This document shows, piece by piece, positions 32,023 to 43,928 of a stretch of 64,000 nucleotides of DNA (position 1 is the stretch's first letter; each line of letters begins with the position of its first letter). The notes under the pieces were generated by a model. That model saw nothing but the letters and a program-made list of their open reading frames with translations. It ran no database searches and had not been told where the DNA came from. The translations under genes were made by a program, and so were the position numbers. Origin of the DNA: an uncultured Veillonellaceae bacterium (GTDB taxonomy: Bacteria; Bacillota; Negativicutes; JARBTT01); contig CAWDTA010000005.1 in NCBI GenBank assembly GCA_963805085.1, positions 320,001 through 384,000 of the forward strand, given 5' to 3'.

Positions 32023-33723
32023 TCAAATTTTAAATTTAGTAGTAATTTCATTAAGCTCCGTAGCCATTTTTGCTAAAGATTCAGAGCTTGAGTTCACTTC
32101 ATGGAGACTGGCACTTTGTTCTTCGGCAGAGGCAGCTACTGTTTGGGCGCTTGCGCCGGTTTCTTCTGCTACGGTGTTGATGTTGTGAACGTTATTGATA
32201 ACAGACTGCATACCATGAGCGGTTTCTTCTACAGCTTTACTAATCTGCTCTATTCCTGATTTCACTTCGGATAACTTGCTTATAATTGTCTGGAAGCCTT
32301 GTTGTGTTTCGTCAGTGGCTGTTTTACCTGACACTACTTCCTTATTGGCTGTGGTTACAACGTCCACAGCGAACTGGATATCCGTCGTCATTTTACCGAT
32401 GATTTCTTCAATCGTATTGGTAGCTAATGCACTTTGTTCAGCTAGTTTACGAACTTCTTCTGCTACCACAGCAAAGCCTCGTCCAGCTTCTCCGGCTCTA
32501 GCTGCTTCAATAGCAGCATTCAAAGCCAAAAGGTTTGTTTGCCCAGCGATTGTACGAATGGTTGTGACAATTTGTTGAATGTCACCGGATCCTTTTACTA
32601 GAGATTCAGAAACGTGGGTGATGTCTGACATTGATTTTTCAATGGTCTGATTTTGTGTTACCAGTTTATAAATGAGCTGCATCCCTTGATCAGCCTCGTT
32701 AGCTGTATCTTGAGTCAGGTTATTGACATGGGAAGCACTGGCACTTATTTCTTCCGCACTGGCACCAACTTGTTGAATGACAGCGGAAATTTCTGTTATA
32801 TTATTTATATTCCGATCCGATCCAGCGGCAACCTCGGTAATGGTTTTAGCGACGTTTTCTGATACTTGTAATTGTTCTTCGACGGATGAAGATAATTCTT
32901 CACTGGAAGCTGCTAATGAGTCAGCGTTACTTCTAAGCAAACTAACAATAGTTTTTAGCGCTTTTTTTGTTTTAATGAGTGCTTCGGCCATATCACCAAT
33001 TTCGTCGTTACGAGTAGCATTCACATCTTTGTGTGATAAATCTAGATCACTTAGTGCTAAAATACTATTTTGTAAATTTTTGATTCTGCTTGATAGATTG
33101 CGGCTGTACCAGATTAGAATTGCGATAATAGCAATAATGCCTAATACACTAGCGATAAGTACCTTTCTAAATAGAGAGTCTTCCTCTTCAGTAAGTTTGC
33201 TGATAGTCTTTTTTAATGCGGTGTCTTGTGTTTGCATGGATTTTTCAAATAATGCGTTGATGGAATCGGTTTTTTTGCGTAGTTCTGCTAGCTTGCTGGT
33301 ATATGTAGGATTATTGGCTTTTTTTTGCTCAATCACTTGTTTCATATCTTCACTGTAAGATTGCAGTGCTTTTTGTAAATCTTCGGCGGCTTTCTTATTA
33401 CCTGAGCCTGTTTTATCTTCTATTTTTACGGCTACATCAGTTATCGTGTTGTAACTGTTGTTAAAAAATGTTAAAGTATCGGCGGCGTATTTTTCATCAT
33501 TATATGCAATGTAACCACGTAATTCACTTAAAGCGCTATGGAAATCATCTTGTGCTCCTTGTAACGCAAGGGTTCGTTGTACTGCGCCAGAGAGTATTGT
33601 TTGATAAGCAGAGCTACTTTCTCTTATTTGATAAAGTAATATTCCTACCGTAATGGTCATTAGTGTGATGGCAATCCCCATCAGGATAGCTAATTGGGTG
33701 CCAATCGGCATACGTTTTTTCAT
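32023..33723 (-). CDS. Methyl-accepting chemotaxis protein
   Basis: Two TMs, HAMP (RNDEIGDMA), signalling domain [38 protein letters not shown]. Confidence 0.96.
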   Translation of the reverse strand: MKKRMPIGTQLAILMGIAITLMTITVGILLYQIRESSSAYQTILSGAVQRTLALQGAQDDFHSALSELRGYIAYNDEKYAADTLTFFNNSYNTITDVAVKIEDKTGSGNKKAAEDLQKALQSYSEDMKQVIEQKKANNPTYTSKLAELRKKTDSINALFEKSMQTQDTALKKTISKLTEEEDSLFRKVLIASVLGIIAIIAILIWYSRNLSSRIKNLQNSILALSDLDLSHKDVNATRNDEIGDMAEALIKTKKALKTIVSLLRSNADSLAASSEELSSSVEEQLQVSENVAKTITEVAAGSDRNINNITEISAVIQQVGASAEEISASASHVNNLTQDTANEADQGMQLIYKLVTQNQTIEKSMSDITHVSESLVKGSGDIQQIVTTIRTIAGQTNLLALNAAIEAARAGEAGRGFAVVAEEVRKLAEQSALATNTIEEIIGKMTTDIQFAVDVVTTANKEVVSGKTATDETQQGFQTIISKLSEVKSGIEQISKAVEETAHGMQSVINNVHNINTVAEETGASAQTVAASAEEQSASLHEVNSSSESLAKMATELNEITTKFKI

Positions 33724-33897
33724 TCTTTCTTCCTCCTAATATATTTGTAATGATAAATGGTTAGTCCTTTGTTTTTTTTCATGATAGATTGTTGGTCAAG
33801 CGTTCGTTGTAACGGATAAAAGTCAATTGGTTTTTGTGAGAAAGTTTGCCTTGCATAAGCGAATGTTCGGTTGGCTGTTCATAAGACGATGATAAAA

Positions 33898-34003
33898 TAA
33901 AAAATGCCAGGTTGCAATTTTAATGCAACCTGGCAATCGTAGATTTTAATCATCCTTAGATCCATAGCTTTGCGTCCCTTCTTTTCAGAAGGTTTGCCTT
34001 AGG
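33898..34003 (-). ncRNA. c-di-GMP-I (GEMM) riboswitch with terminator upstream of MCP
   Basis: Minus strand GGCAAACCUUCU-GAAA-AGAAGGGACGCAAAGCUAUGGAUCUAAGG...ACGAUUGCCAGGUUGC overlapping terminator ugccagguugca/ugcaaccuggca plus U-run. Confidence 0.92.
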
Positions 34004-34343
34004 TATTCCTTTGTCTAATTACGTAATTCGACAAATTTTTTAAAAAATCCTGCATAGTTTTATTTCTGGAGGATTAATATTGATTTAGTATAAAAGCAGA
34101 GCAAAAGTATATAAAGTATTGGGTGATTTGTAATTTTTATCTTTTTATTCCTAATTGTTATATTCTACTTTGCATAAAATAAAAAAATGTTTATTATTTT
34201 ATGGGAGTAATCATGGTAAAATATATTGACAATACGCAATGAGTGTTTTACTCTGTTCATTATGCAATTCATTTATTTTAGGAAATAAATAGAATCATTA
34301 TTTAAGATAGCCGTTAGTTTTACAAAGGATAGGAGGGATTATT

Positions 34344-34748
34344 ATGGGACAAGTAAGGGTAAAAGTGAATTTTTTTGATACGGATGCTATGGCAGTCGTA
34401 CATCATGCCAATTATTTTCGCTGGTTTGAAATTGGTAGAGTAGAATTCTTGCGTGAAGCAGGGATTACATTAAATGAACTTATGGCGGATCATATCGTAT
34501 TCCCAATTACGGACGTCAGTTGTAAATATCGCGCATCCGCACGGTTTGATGATGTTGTGATTATTGAAACGATTGCGAAAGTGCTTACACCAGTCAAGCT
34601 GGTTTTTGATTACAAGGTCATACGTGAAGCGGATGGCGAACTTTTAGCAGAAGGTCATAGCCAAGGGGTATTTACTAGTATGGAAACAGGGAAGCTTATC
34701 AAGTTACCTAAAGAATATTTTGATAAATTAAAAGCAATTCAGCAATAA
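34344..34748 (+). CDS. Acyl-CoA thioesterase (YbgC/4HBT hot-dog fold)
   Basis: DTDAMAVVHHANYFRWFEIGR motif. Confidence 0.9.
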   Translation: MGQVRVKVNFFDTDAMAVVHHANYFRWFEIGRVEFLREAGITLNELMADHIVFPITDVSCKYRASARFDDVVIIETIAKVLTPVKLVFDYKVIREADGELLAEGHSQGVFTSMETGKLIKLPKEYFDKLKAIQQ

Positions 34749-34830
34749 AAAGCTGGATACTTATAAATATGCGAGTATAATAGATAATTGGTGAATAAAC
34801 AGAGTTAATAGTTTTTGAGGGGGTGGTGCA

Positions 34831-35640
34831 GTGAACGCGAGTGCACCAATCGGGATTTTTGATTCGGGAATCGGTGGTCTTACTGTGGTTAGAGAAGTGA
34901 GACGTCTGTTACCGAATGAAAATATTATTTATGTGGGGGATACAGCACGTGTTCCATATGGATCGCGTGATCCAGTTGAAATTTTAAAATTTATGCATCA
35001 GATATTACATTTTTTTGCAAAGCAAAAAGTGAAAATGGCAGTGTTTGCCTGTAATACGATGACGACATATGGCTTTCACGAGGCAAAAGAAAACTATCCC
35101 TATTTAGTTACGGCGATGAACAGTGGTGTTCCTGAAGCAATTAAAGGAAGTCATAATAAAAAAATTGGTGTTATTGCTACAAAAGGAACTGTTAACAATC
35201 AAATGCATAGTAAGGCCGCAGCGCAATTTGATCAAATGGTCAAAGTGTATGCAAAGGCTTGTCCAGATTTTGTGCCGTTGATCGAGAGTGGGAGAATTGC
35301 CGGGCGTGAAATGGAGCTTCTAGCCAAGAAATACTTGATGTTTTTTAGCGAAATTGATATTGATTCTCTAATTTTAGGATGTACCCATTATCCTTTGATT
35401 GATCGGGTGATTCAAAATGTTATTGGCAGTCACGTGAAACTTATCAATCCAGCGAGTGCAACGGCAAATGATGCAATTGCTTCATTAAAGAGAGTTAGTC
35501 AATTGAACATAAACCAGCATGCTGGTTCCTTAAAAATGTGCTTTTCAGCGAATCTTGATCAAGCACGCAAGATGACCAATTTGGTCTTGAGTACAAATAA
35601 GGCGGAGTTTAAACTAATAAATTTAGAAGATTATTGCTAA
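34831..35640 (+). CDS. murI: Glutamate racemase
   Basis: IGIFDSGIGGLTV, GDTARVPYG, ACNT, LGCTHYP. Confidence 0.95.
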   Translation: MNASAPIGIFDSGIGGLTVVREVRRLLPNENIIYVGDTARVPYGSRDPVEILKFMHQILHFFAKQKVKMAVFACNTMTTYGFHEAKENYPYLVTAMNSGVPEAIKGSHNKKIGVIATKGTVNNQMHSKAAAQFDQMVKVYAKACPDFVPLIESGRIAGREMELLAKKYLMFFSEIDIDSLILGCTHYPLIDRVIQNVIGSHVKLINPASATANDAIASLKRVSQLNINQHAGSLKMCFSANLDQARKMTNLVLSTNKAEFKLINLEDYC

Positions 35641-35717
35641 TTTATAGTAGTTTATTCGTTTTTTTGATATAATAATAACAATTGTCAAATTTACTGAAAT
35701 AAATTTGAGCTTATGTA

Positions 35718-36275
35718 ATGATTAATGGAGGCGTAGTCGTGGGAATTTTATACGGCCTTATAGGCTTGGTTATACTTATTATTATTGTTTGCTGGGCATA
35801 TATTGTAAATAAAGGAAATGCTCATTTTGAATTGAAAGTAGCGGAGAGAACGCCGTTTGAATTAGTAGAGATCAAAGAGGATAGTATTACGCTAAATTGC
35901 CAAGTTGCTATGGTGAATAAGGGAGAGCAATTAGGAACGATTATGGATTGTTATACACGCCATCTTCTACCATATGAGCAATTTGATGGTGTACAAGTGT
36001 TTTCGAAAGTAGAGCTGGAAACAGCACGGCGTGAGGATGATTATTTCGAAGCATTAATTATTGAAAGAAACCGAAGAGTTAACTTAGTCGTGACCGTTAA
36101 GTTAACTGCACGGAAAAATAGTGATATTAAGTCTATGCTTGCCCAGATGGTCGATATGCCGATTGATATTGTTTATCAACAAGTGACACGTGCTGATTGG
36201 CATATAGAAAAAGCGCGTATAGAAATGAAAGCTAGTGAAGTTGCTAGTGTTGCAAATGTAACTTTGGCTGATTAA
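35718..36275 (+). CDS. Hypothetical membrane-anchored protein
   Basis: N-terminal TM then beta-rich soluble domain; 13 bp from next gene. Confidence 0.7.
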   Translation: MINGGVVVGILYGLIGLVILIIIVCWAYIVNKGNAHFELKVAERTPFELVEIKEDSITLNCQVAMVNKGEQLGTIMDCYTRHLLPYEQFDGVQVFSKVELETARREDDYFEALIIERNRRVNLVVTVKLTARKNSDIKSMLAQMVDMPIDIVYQQVTRADWHIEKARIEMKASEVASVANVTLAD

Positions 36276-36288
36276 GGGAGAGAATAAA

Positions 36289-36945
36289 ATGGCTGAAATT
36301 GAAATCATACCAGTGCCAACCCGTATTTTAACGGATAAAGATGACATTGTAGATATAATGGAAAAGTATGCAAAAGATAAAATTGGTCCAAACGACGTAA
36401 TCTCCGTCGCTGAGAGTGTCGTAGCAATTACGCAAGGACAAATCGTTAGACCAGAGGATTTAGAACTTTGTTTTTTAGCGCGTGTTTTATGTCGGTTTAT
36501 TCCTGAGGCCGGAAGCTTGGCTAGCCCTTATGGTATGCAAGCGTTAATGAATGTGGAAGGAAAATGGCGTGTGTTTTTTGCATTTATTGTTGGTATGATT
36601 GCCAAAGTATTTGGCAAAAGTGGCGTGTTTTATAAATTGGGCGGAGAGCAAACAGCATTGATTGATGATGTCACTGGTACGATGCCCCCATTTGATAAAC
36701 ATATTGTTTATGGTCCAGATAAACCGTTTGAGGTTGTCAAGCAGTTAAAAGAACGTTTGGATTGCTTTGGCGCAGTGATTGCCGATGTTAATGATTTAAA
36801 GCGGTCTCGTATCGTTGGTGTTACCGAAGGTACAGATGGCGAAAAAGTCGCTCATTTATTAATTGATAATCCATTTGGTAACGCTTCGCAAAAAACACCA
36901 ATCGTTATCATTAAAAATTTTTCGGAGTATCAAGCGAAATCATAA
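36289..36945 (+). CDS. CofE-like (F420-0:gamma-glutamyl ligase family) protein
   Basis: [48 protein letters not shown]. Confidence 0.75.
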   Translation: MAEIEIIPVPTRILTDKDDIVDIMEKYAKDKIGPNDVISVAESVVAITQGQIVRPEDLELCFLARVLCRFIPEAGSLASPYGMQALMNVEGKWRVFFAFIVGMIAKVFGKSGVFYKLGGEQTALIDDVTGTMPPFDKHIVYGPDKPFEVVKQLKERLDCFGAVIADVNDLKRSRIVGVTEGTDGEKVAHLLIDNPFGNASQKTPIVIIKNFSEYQAKS

Positions 36946-37103
36946 GGCTAAAGCAGATAAAAAGAGGATAGACTATATGCTATCCTCTTTCATTATTGCA
37001 ATGCGCCATGAATAGAGTCATTATTTATCGCTTTTTCATATTGCTACTTTGCCAAAGTAGTTATAAAATAATAAGAAGTACAAGTATATTTTAGGAGGCC
37101 GTT

Positions 37104-37853
37104 ATGGTTAGAAGAGATGGACGGAACAGTGTTGATCAAATGCGGAAGGTGAAAATCACAAGGCACTATTTGAAGCATCCCGCAGGATCAGTTTTAATAG
37201 AATTTGGCAATACAAAAGTAATTTGTGCGGCAACGATTGAAGAAAGAGTACCAGGGTTTTTAAAGGGAAGTGGAGAAGGGTGGATCACAGCAGAATATTC
37301 ACTACTACCTAGTTCTACCCAAACACGTAATCCACGCGAATCAATGCGTGGCAGGGTAACAGGACGTACGCATGAGATTCAACGATTGATTGGACGATCT
37401 CTTCGTAGTGTAATTGATTTAAAAGCACTTGGTGAAAAAACGATTATGATTGATTGCGACGTTATCCAAGCAGATGGTGGAACACGGACAGCGTCGATTA
37501 CTGGGGCATTTATTGCTTTGGTAGAGGCGCTAGATACCATTTATAATCCTGAAAGAGCATTTCCAATCAAAGATTTTCTAGCGGCCGTTAGTGTAGGAAT
37601 CTTGGAAGATGGTACACCAGTCGTGGATTTATGTTATGAAGAAGATTCTAAAGCAGTTGTAGATATGAATGTGGTCATGACTGGCAATGGAAAATTTGTT
37701 GAAGTACAAGGAACTGGAGAAGAAAGGCCATTTAGTAGAGAAGAGCTAGATGTTTTACTTGAAAAAGCAAGTAATGGTATTTCTGAATTGATTGATTATC
37801 AAAAAGATGTTTTGGGTAATCAATTGGTCTGGAAAGTAGGCCGCGAACCATGA
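37104..37853 (+). CDS. rph: Ribonuclease PH
   Basis: [47 protein letters not shown]. Confidence 0.97.
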   Translation: MVRRDGRNSVDQMRKVKITRHYLKHPAGSVLIEFGNTKVICAATIEERVPGFLKGSGEGWITAEYSLLPSSTQTRNPRESMRGRVTGRTHEIQRLIGRSLRSVIDLKALGEKTIMIDCDVIQADGGTRTASITGAFIALVEALDTIYNPERAFPIKDFLAAVSVGILEDGTPVVDLCYEEDSKAVVDMNVVMTGNGKFVEVQGTGEERPFSREELDVLLEKASNGISELIDYQKDVLGNQLVWKVGREP

Positions 37854-38446
37854 AAGAACTTGTTATTGCAAGTAAAAATAAAGGTAAAATAAAAGAAATC
37901 CAAGCGGCTTTTAAAAATATCGGGGTAAAAGTTATTTCACTTTCTGAATTTCTAGAAATTCCTGATGCAGTCGAAGATGGCAAAACCTTTGAAGAAAATG
38001 CTCTTATTAAAGCGCATTTTTATTCTAACTTAACGGGAAAAGCTTGTTTAGCCGATGACTCAGGACTAGAAGTGGATGCGCTGAATGGTGAGCCTGGGGT
38101 GTATTCTGCTCGCTATGCAGGTGAAGAAGCAACGGATGCTGATAATAATTCCAAATTAATCAAAGAACTTCAGAAAGTCAAGGTAATCGGTAGTAAAGCT
38201 CGTTTTCGGTGTGTGTTGGCTTTTGTGGATATGAATGGAGAAAATATCCTTTGTAATGGAAGTTGTGAAGGAATCATTTTAGAAAAAGAACGTGGTAATG
38301 GTGGCTTTGGCTATGATCCATTGTTTTACATAGAAGAGTTAAAAAAATCAATGGCAGAAATTACAGTCGAGGAAAAAAATCAAATTAGCCATCGAGGTGC
38401 TGCTTTAAGAGTGATGGCAGAAAAATTGGCGGAATATTTAAAATGA
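37850..38446 (+). CDS. rdgB: XTP/dITP diphosphatase (Ham1 family)
   Basis: [43 protein letters not shown]. Confidence 0.95.
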   Translation: MKELVIASKNKGKIKEIQAAFKNIGVKVISLSEFLEIPDAVEDGKTFEENALIKAHFYSNLTGKACLADDSGLEVDALNGEPGVYSARYAGEEATDADNNSKLIKELQKVKVIGSKARFRCVLAFVDMNGENILCNGSCEGIILEKERGNGGFGYDPLFYIEELKKSMAEITVEEKNQISHRGAALRVMAEKLAEYLK

Positions 38447-38919
38447 TAATAGGCGTAATGAGTGATAGTCATGGAGATGGGGTAGCAATTAAAAAAGCAG
38501 TAGATGTAATCGGTGAAGTTGATTTCTGGCTACACGCAGGTGATTTTTGCACGGATGCTGCTATATTAGCAGAGTATACTGGCAAAAAAGTTTATGCTGT
38601 TGCAGGTAATTGTGATGGATTGGCTACAAAAAATAAGGTGGACGAATTCCTTACTGTGGAAGGAAAGAAAATCTGGCTTACACATGGGCATCAGTCCAGT
38701 GTCAAATGTGGTACGGATGATTTGATTTGGAATGCCAAGCAGTATGGGGTTGATATTGTTATCTATGGTCATACACACATCAGTGAAATATCTCGTTATG
38801 AAGATTTATGCGTTATCAATCCTGGCAGTGTCGCAAGACCTTATCACGTTACAGCACCAACTTGTTTGAGACTTACTATTAATAAGCAAGAAATATTCAC
38901 GAATTTAATAGAATTATGA
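38443..38919 (+). CDS. Metallophosphoesterase (YfcE/YsnB family)
   Basis: SDSHG, HAGD, AGNCD, THGH, GHTH, NPGS. Confidence 0.92.
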   Translation: MIIGVMSDSHGDGVAIKKAVDVIGEVDFWLHAGDFCTDAAILAEYTGKKVYAVAGNCDGLATKNKVDEFLTVEGKKIWLTHGHQSSVKCGTDDLIWNAKQYGVDIVIYGHTHISEISRYEDLCVINPGSVARPYHVTAPTCLRLTINKQEIFTNLIEL

Positions 38920-39221
38920 TATAAATTTAAAAATATTTAAAAAATATCTGCAATATAGCAGGAAAGTTCATTATAGCTAGCAAATACTTATTAATAATAC
39001 TAATTATAAAAAGAAAAATGATAAATAGTTATCATACAATAATTAAGAGTTATTGTGATTGTATATTTGAATACTTCTCATAGAATCATTCATTGAAATC
39101 GCATTTTAGCTCCTTCTCAAGGAATCTCATCTGGGCTGAGAATTTTGTTGAAAAGGCGTATTAAATGTGCTATTATGATGCCTATGAGTGTGTTATATAT
39201 TATATTTTGGGAGGGTTTACA

Positions 39222-40064
39222 TTGCGTACAATTCAAGTAAAAAAAGTTACTGAAGCCATCACTCAGATGTGTAAAGATGCTGCTTACTATTTGCCAGAAG
39301 ATGTTTATGAGGCTTTAAAAAAAGGTAGAGAGACTGAGGAATCTCCAGTAGGTAGAGATGTTCTTGATCAAATTATCAAAAATGCAGAAATTGCAAAAGC
39401 CGAAGATAGACCAATCTGTCAAGATACTGGTATGGCAGTTATTTTTATGGAAATTGGACAAGATGTTCATTTTGAAGGCGGTAATTTAGTTGATGCTGTT
39501 AACGCTGGTGTTGCTGCAGGATATACAGAAGGTTATCTTCGTAAATCTGTAGTTGGTGAACCGTTATTCAATCGTAAAAATACGACAAACAATACTCCTG
39601 CAATATTACATACAAGTATTGTAGATGGTGACAAAGTGAAAATTACCATTGCACCTAAAGGGTTTGGTAGTGAAAATAAATCAGGTGTTAAAATGCTAGT
39701 ACCAGCTGATGGTGTTGAAGGCGTGAAAGCGGCTGTTCTTGACATCATTCAACATGCTGGCCCTAATCCATGCCCTCCAATGGTAGTAGGTGTAGGTATT
39801 GGTGGCACGATGGAAAAATCTGCGCTTTTATCTAAAAAAGCTTTAGCACGTCCTATCAGTGTGCGCAACGAGCATCCTGAATATCAAAAATTAGAAGCTG
39901 AATTGCTTGAATTAATCAACAAAACTGGTATTGGTCCACAACTTGGCGGTACTACTACAGCTCTTGCTGTTAATGTTGAGTGGTTTGCAACTCATATTGC
40001 TGGTTTACCGGTATCTGTAAATATTTGCTGTCATGCAATGCGTCATGCAGAAGTTATCTTATAG
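39222..40064 (+). CDS. Fe-S fumarate hydratase, alpha subunit
   Basis: PICQDTG, KGFGSEN, NPCPP, THIAGLPV..NICCHA; TTG start behind GGAGG. Confidence 0.92.
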   Translation: MRTIQVKKVTEAITQMCKDAAYYLPEDVYEALKKGRETEESPVGRDVLDQIIKNAEIAKAEDRPICQDTGMAVIFMEIGQDVHFEGGNLVDAVNAGVAAGYTEGYLRKSVVGEPLFNRKNTTNNTPAILHTSIVDGDKVKITIAPKGFGSENKSGVKMLVPADGVEGVKAAVLDIIQHAGPNPCPPMVVGVGIGGTMEKSALLSKKALARPISVRNEHPEYQKLEAELLELINKTGIGPQLGGTTTALAVNVEWFATHIAGLPVSVNICCHAMRHAEVIL

Positions 40065-40079
40065 GAGGGGAATGTAAAA

Positions 40080-40637
40080 ATGGCTGAAAAAATTCGTATT
40101 ACAACACCTTTAACGGAAGAAGTATCCCGTACTTTAAAAGCTGGTGACAGCGTACTAATTACTGGAACTATCATTAGCGCACGTGATGCAGCTCATAAAG
40201 TAATGACAGAAGCATTAGCACGTGGCGAAAAATTGCCAGTTGATTGGCAAAATCAAATCGTTTATTATCTTGGACCAACACCGGCAAAACCTGGTGATCC
40301 AATTGGTTCAGCTGGTCCTACGACTTCTGGTCGTATGGATGCATATACACCTACCATGCTTGCACAAGGCATCAAAGGTATGGTTGGTAAAGGCTATCGT
40401 AGTAAAGAAGTACTTGACGCAATGAAAGAACATGGTACTACTTATTTCGCAGCAGTAGGTGGCGCAGCTGCCTTAATTGCAAAATCAGTTAAAAAATATG
40501 AAGTATTGGCATATCCTGAACTTGGTCCTGAAGCAGTTGCTGCTTTGACGGTTGAAGATTTCCCAGCTATCGTAGTTATTGACTGTGAAGGTAATAACTT
40601 CTACGAACAGGGGCAAGCACCTTATCGTAAGTTATAA
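40080..40637 (+). CDS. Fe-S fumarate hydratase, beta subunit
   Basis: ARDAAH, AGPTTSGRMD, GGAAALIA, ELGPEA. Confidence 0.92.
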   Translation: MAEKIRITTPLTEEVSRTLKAGDSVLITGTIISARDAAHKVMTEALARGEKLPVDWQNQIVYYLGPTPAKPGDPIGSAGPTTSGRMDAYTPTMLAQGIKGMVGKGYRSKEVLDAMKEHGTTYFAAVGGAAALIAKSVKKYEVLAYPELGPEAVAALTVEDFPAIVVIDCEGNNFYEQGQAPYRKL

Positions 40638-40684
40638 TATTTTCCCCCATTGAGGGGAATTACAAAAATATAGGAGGTTTAAGC

Positions 40685-41302
40685 ATGAGTCACACAACTT
40701 TTTATGTTCGTCGTCTACATTCTTTATCTGGCATCGTGCCAGTCGGTTTCTTCTTGTTGGAGCACATTTTCACAATCTCATCAGTAATGGGGGGAGCAAG
40801 TAATTTTGATAGTTCGGTAGCAAAAATAGCTCTTATTCCTCATGATATCATGATTTTTATGGAAATTTTCTTCATTGGAATTCCATTTTTATTCCATGGT
40901 ATTTACGGTGCAATCATTGCTATGCAAGCAAAAAACAACCCACAACAATACGGTTATGCGCGTAACTGGCAATTCTATTTCCAAAGAATGACTGCTTGGT
41001 ACACAATCGTATTCTTACTATGGCATGTTGGTTACTTACGCTTTATGATGAAAGGTTCCGGAGTGGAAATTAATTATGCTCTTATGAATAATTATTTTAG
41101 CAATCCAATCGTATTCGTATTATATGCTGTTGGTATGGTTGCGGCAATCTATCATTTTACGAATGGATTATTCACTTTCACTATGACTTGGGGGATTGCT
41201 AAAGGTCCTCGTGCACAAGCTGTATTCAACAAGGCTACGTTGGCGTTATGTGCAGTATTGTCTGTTATTGCTTTAGTTTCATTAACGCGCTTCATTGCGT
41301 AA
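40685..41302 (+). CDS. sdhC: Succinate dehydrogenase/fumarate reductase cytochrome b subunit
   Basis: RRLHSLSGIVP, five TMs, His ligands, HFTNGL. Confidence 0.93.
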   Translation: MSHTTFYVRRLHSLSGIVPVGFFLLEHIFTISSVMGGASNFDSSVAKIALIPHDIMIFMEIFFIGIPFLFHGIYGAIIAMQAKNNPQQYGYARNWQFYFQRMTAWYTIVFLLWHVGYLRFMMKGSGVEINYALMNNYFSNPIVFVLYAVGMVAAIYHFTNGLFTFTMTWGIAKGPRAQAVFNKATLALCAVLSVIALVSLTRFIA

Positions 41303-41362
41303 TCAAAACTGTGGTCTAGTAGACGTACTACTAGATAATCTTAGATTAAGGAGAGAACCTGC

Positions 41363-43117
41363 GTGAAAAAGAAAATTATAATTGTAGGTGGCGGCTTATC
41401 CGGTTTAATGGCTACAATGAAGGTTTGCGAAGCTGGTGGCGAAGTAGAATTGTTCTCTTATTGCCCGGTAAAACGTTCGCATTCCCTTTGTGCACAAGGC
41501 GGGATTAACGCTTGCATGAATACAAAAGGGCAAAACGATAGTATTTGGGAACATTATGATGATACTGTATATGGTGGGGATTTCTTAGGAGATCAAGCTG
41601 CGATCAAAGGTATGATTGATACTGCTCCAAAATTAATTAAAATGTTCGATCGTATGGGTGTTCCTTTCACTCGTACAGCTGAAGGTGTACTTGACCTTCG
41701 TAACTTTGGTGGTCAAAAGAATAAACGTACTTGCTTTGCTGGTGCTACTACTGGTCAACAATTACTTTATGCTTTAGATGAACAAGTTCGTATGTGGGAA
41801 ACAAAAGGCTTAGTGAAAAAATATGAATTCTGGGAATTCATTAGAATTGTTAAGAATAAAGAAGGCGTATGCCGTGGTATCGTAGCACAGAGCATGAATT
41901 CTATGGATATCGAAGTATTTGTTGGCGATGCTGTTATCTTAGCAACAGGTGGCCCTGGTATGGTATTCGGTAAGAGTACTAACTCCACAATTTGTAATGG
42001 TTCTGCTGTATCTGCTGTTTACCAACAAGGTGCTCACCTTGGTAATAGTGAATTCGTACAAATTCATCCAACAGCTATTCCTGGCGAAGACAAGAATCGT
42101 CTTATGTCAGAAGCGGCTCGTGGTGAAGGCGGACGTGTATGGACTTATAAAGATGGTAAACCTTGGTATTTCTTAGAAGAAATGTACCCTGCATATGGTA
42201 ACCTTGTACCTCGTGATATCGCTGCTCGTGCAATTCATAAAGTATGCGTAGACATGGGACTTGGTATTGATGGTGGTAATAAAGTATATCTTGATCTTTC
42301 TCATATTGATACTGATTACTTGAACCGTAAACTTGCTGGTATTATGGAAATTTATGAAGAATTCGTTGGTGACGATCCTCGTAAAGTTCCAATGCAAATT
42401 TTCCCATCGGTTCATTATTCTATGGGTGGAATCTGGGTAGACATTAAACATAACACAAACATCCCTGGACTTTTAGCTTCCGGCGAATGTGATTACCAAT
42501 ATCATGGAGCTAACCGTTTAGGTGCGAACTCCTTACTTTCTGCTGCATATTCTGGAACAGTATCTGGCCCAGAATCTATGCGTTGGGCTAAAGAAGGCGA
42601 AAAAGGCACAGAATTAACACAAGATGAAATTGCTAAAGCTAAGCAAGAAGCAATCGATGAATTTGAAAAAATTCTTGCGATGAATGGCACTGAAAATGCA
42701 TATAAATTACACCATGAACTTGGTGAATTGATGATGAAATACGTTACAATTGTTCGTGTAAACAGCGAATTGGACGTTTGTTATGAAGAACTTCAAAAAC
42801 TTCTTAAACGTTGGGACGATATTGGCGTAGCTGATAAAGGTCACTGGGCTAATCAAGAAGCTATGTTTGTAAGACAACTTCGTAACATGCTTATTTATGC
42901 ACTTGTTGTATGTAGAGCAGCTCGTCTTCGTGACGAAAGCCGCGGTGCTCACTATAAAGCTGAGTTCCCTAACCGTGATGATGAAAACTTCCTCAAAACT
43001 ACAATTGCTGAATTTGATGAAGCTACTTGCTGTCCAAGAATCAGCTATATTGATTTTGATCATTCGATTATTAAACCGCGTCCTCGTAACTACGCTGTCG
43101 CTAAGGGAGGCAAATAA
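41363..43117 (+). CDS. sdhA: Succinate dehydrogenase/fumarate reductase flavoprotein
   Basis: GGGLSG, RSHSLCAQGGIN, QIHPT, HYSMGG, HGANRLGANSL, ESRGAH. Confidence 0.96.
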   Translation: MKKKIIIVGGGLSGLMATMKVCEAGGEVELFSYCPVKRSHSLCAQGGINACMNTKGQNDSIWEHYDDTVYGGDFLGDQAAIKGMIDTAPKLIKMFDRMGVPFTRTAEGVLDLRNFGGQKNKRTCFAGATTGQQLLYALDEQVRMWETKGLVKKYEFWEFIRIVKNKEGVCRGIVAQSMNSMDIEVFVGDAVILATGGPGMVFGKSTNSTICNGSAVSAVYQQGAHLGNSEFVQIHPTAIPGEDKNRLMSEAARGEGGRVWTYKDGKPWYFLEEMYPAYGNLVPRDIAARAIHKVCVDMGLGIDGGNKVYLDLSHIDTDYLNRKLAGIMEIYEEFVGDDPRKVPMQIFPSVHYSMGGIWVDIKHNTNIPGLLASGECDYQYHGANRLGANSLLSAAYSGTVSGPESMRWAKEGEKGTELTQDEIAKAKQEAIDEFEKILAMNGTENAYKLHHELGELMMKYVTIVRVNSELDVCYEELQKLLKRWDDIGVADKGHWANQEAMFVRQLRNMLIYALVVCRAARLRDESRGAHYKAEFPNRDDENFLKTTIAEFDEATCCPRISYIDFDHSIIKPRPRNYAVAKGGK

Positions 43118-43119
43118 TA

Positions 43120-43872
43120 ATGGCAGAACAAAAAACAGTTCATATTATCGTTGAAAGACAAGCATCTCCAACAAGCGCGCCTTATACAGAAGAATTTGAA
43201 ATCTCATATCGCCCAGCACTTAATGTTGTTGCAGCATTGATGGAAATTCAAAAGAACCCTGTTACTAAAGATGGCAAAAAGACTACTCCTGTAACTTGGG
43301 AATGTAACTGCTTGGAAAAAGTATGTGGTGCATGTATGATGGTTATTAACGGTCAAGCTCGTCAAGCCTGCTGCGCGTTAATTGATCAGTTAGAACAACC
43401 AATTCGTTTAGCTCCAGCTCGTACTTTCCCTGTAATTCGTGACCTTCTAATCGACCGTTCCGTAATGTTTGAAAGCTTGAAGAGAATTCAAGGTTGGGTT
43501 CGTGTTGATGGAAGTTGGGAAGTTAAAGATGCTCCAAGCCAAAACCCTAATGTTGCGGCTACAGCATATGAAATTTCTCACTGCATGACTTGCGGTTGTT
43601 GTATGGAAGCTTGCCCTAACGTTGGAACTCAATCCGATTTCATCGGACCTGCTCCAACTGTACAAGCTCATCTATTCAACTTACATCCATTCGGCGCTTA
43701 TGACAAAGAAATTCGTCTTAATGCTTTAATGGAAAAAGGCGGCATCACTAGTTGTGGTAACAGCCAAAACTGTGTACAAGCTTGCCCTAAACACATTAAA
43801 CTTACAGAACATCTTGCACAACTGAACAGAGATGTTAATAAACAATCCATTAAAAACTTATTCAACAAATAA
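43120..43872 (+). CDS. sdhB: Succinate dehydrogenase/fumarate reductase Fe-S subunit
   Basis: CLEKVCGAC, CMTCGCCMEACP, CGNSQNCVQACP. Confidence 0.96.
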   Translation: MAEQKTVHIIVERQASPTSAPYTEEFEISYRPALNVVAALMEIQKNPVTKDGKKTTPVTWECNCLEKVCGACMMVINGQARQACCALIDQLEQPIRLAPARTFPVIRDLLIDRSVMFESLKRIQGWVRVDGSWEVKDAPSQNPNVAATAYEISHCMTCGCCMEACPNVGTQSDFIGPAPTVQAHLFNLHPFGAYDKEIRLNALMEKGGITSCGNSQNCVQACPKHIKLTEHLAQLNRDVNKQSIKNLFNK

Positions 43873-43884
43873 GTTTGGGATTTT

Positions 43885-43928
43885 GAAAACAGCTCTAGTA
43901 TCTTCGGATATTAGAGCTGTTTTTTTTG
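43885..43928 (+). terminator. Terminator after sdhB
   Basis: aaaacagctctagtatct-tcg-gatattagagctgttttttt. Confidence 0.8.

Noticed and set aside
32276-33358. Long plus-strand ORFs within the MCP gene, and similar nested ORFs elsewhere in the track
   Set aside because: Antisense or alternative-frame shadows of well-supported genes.
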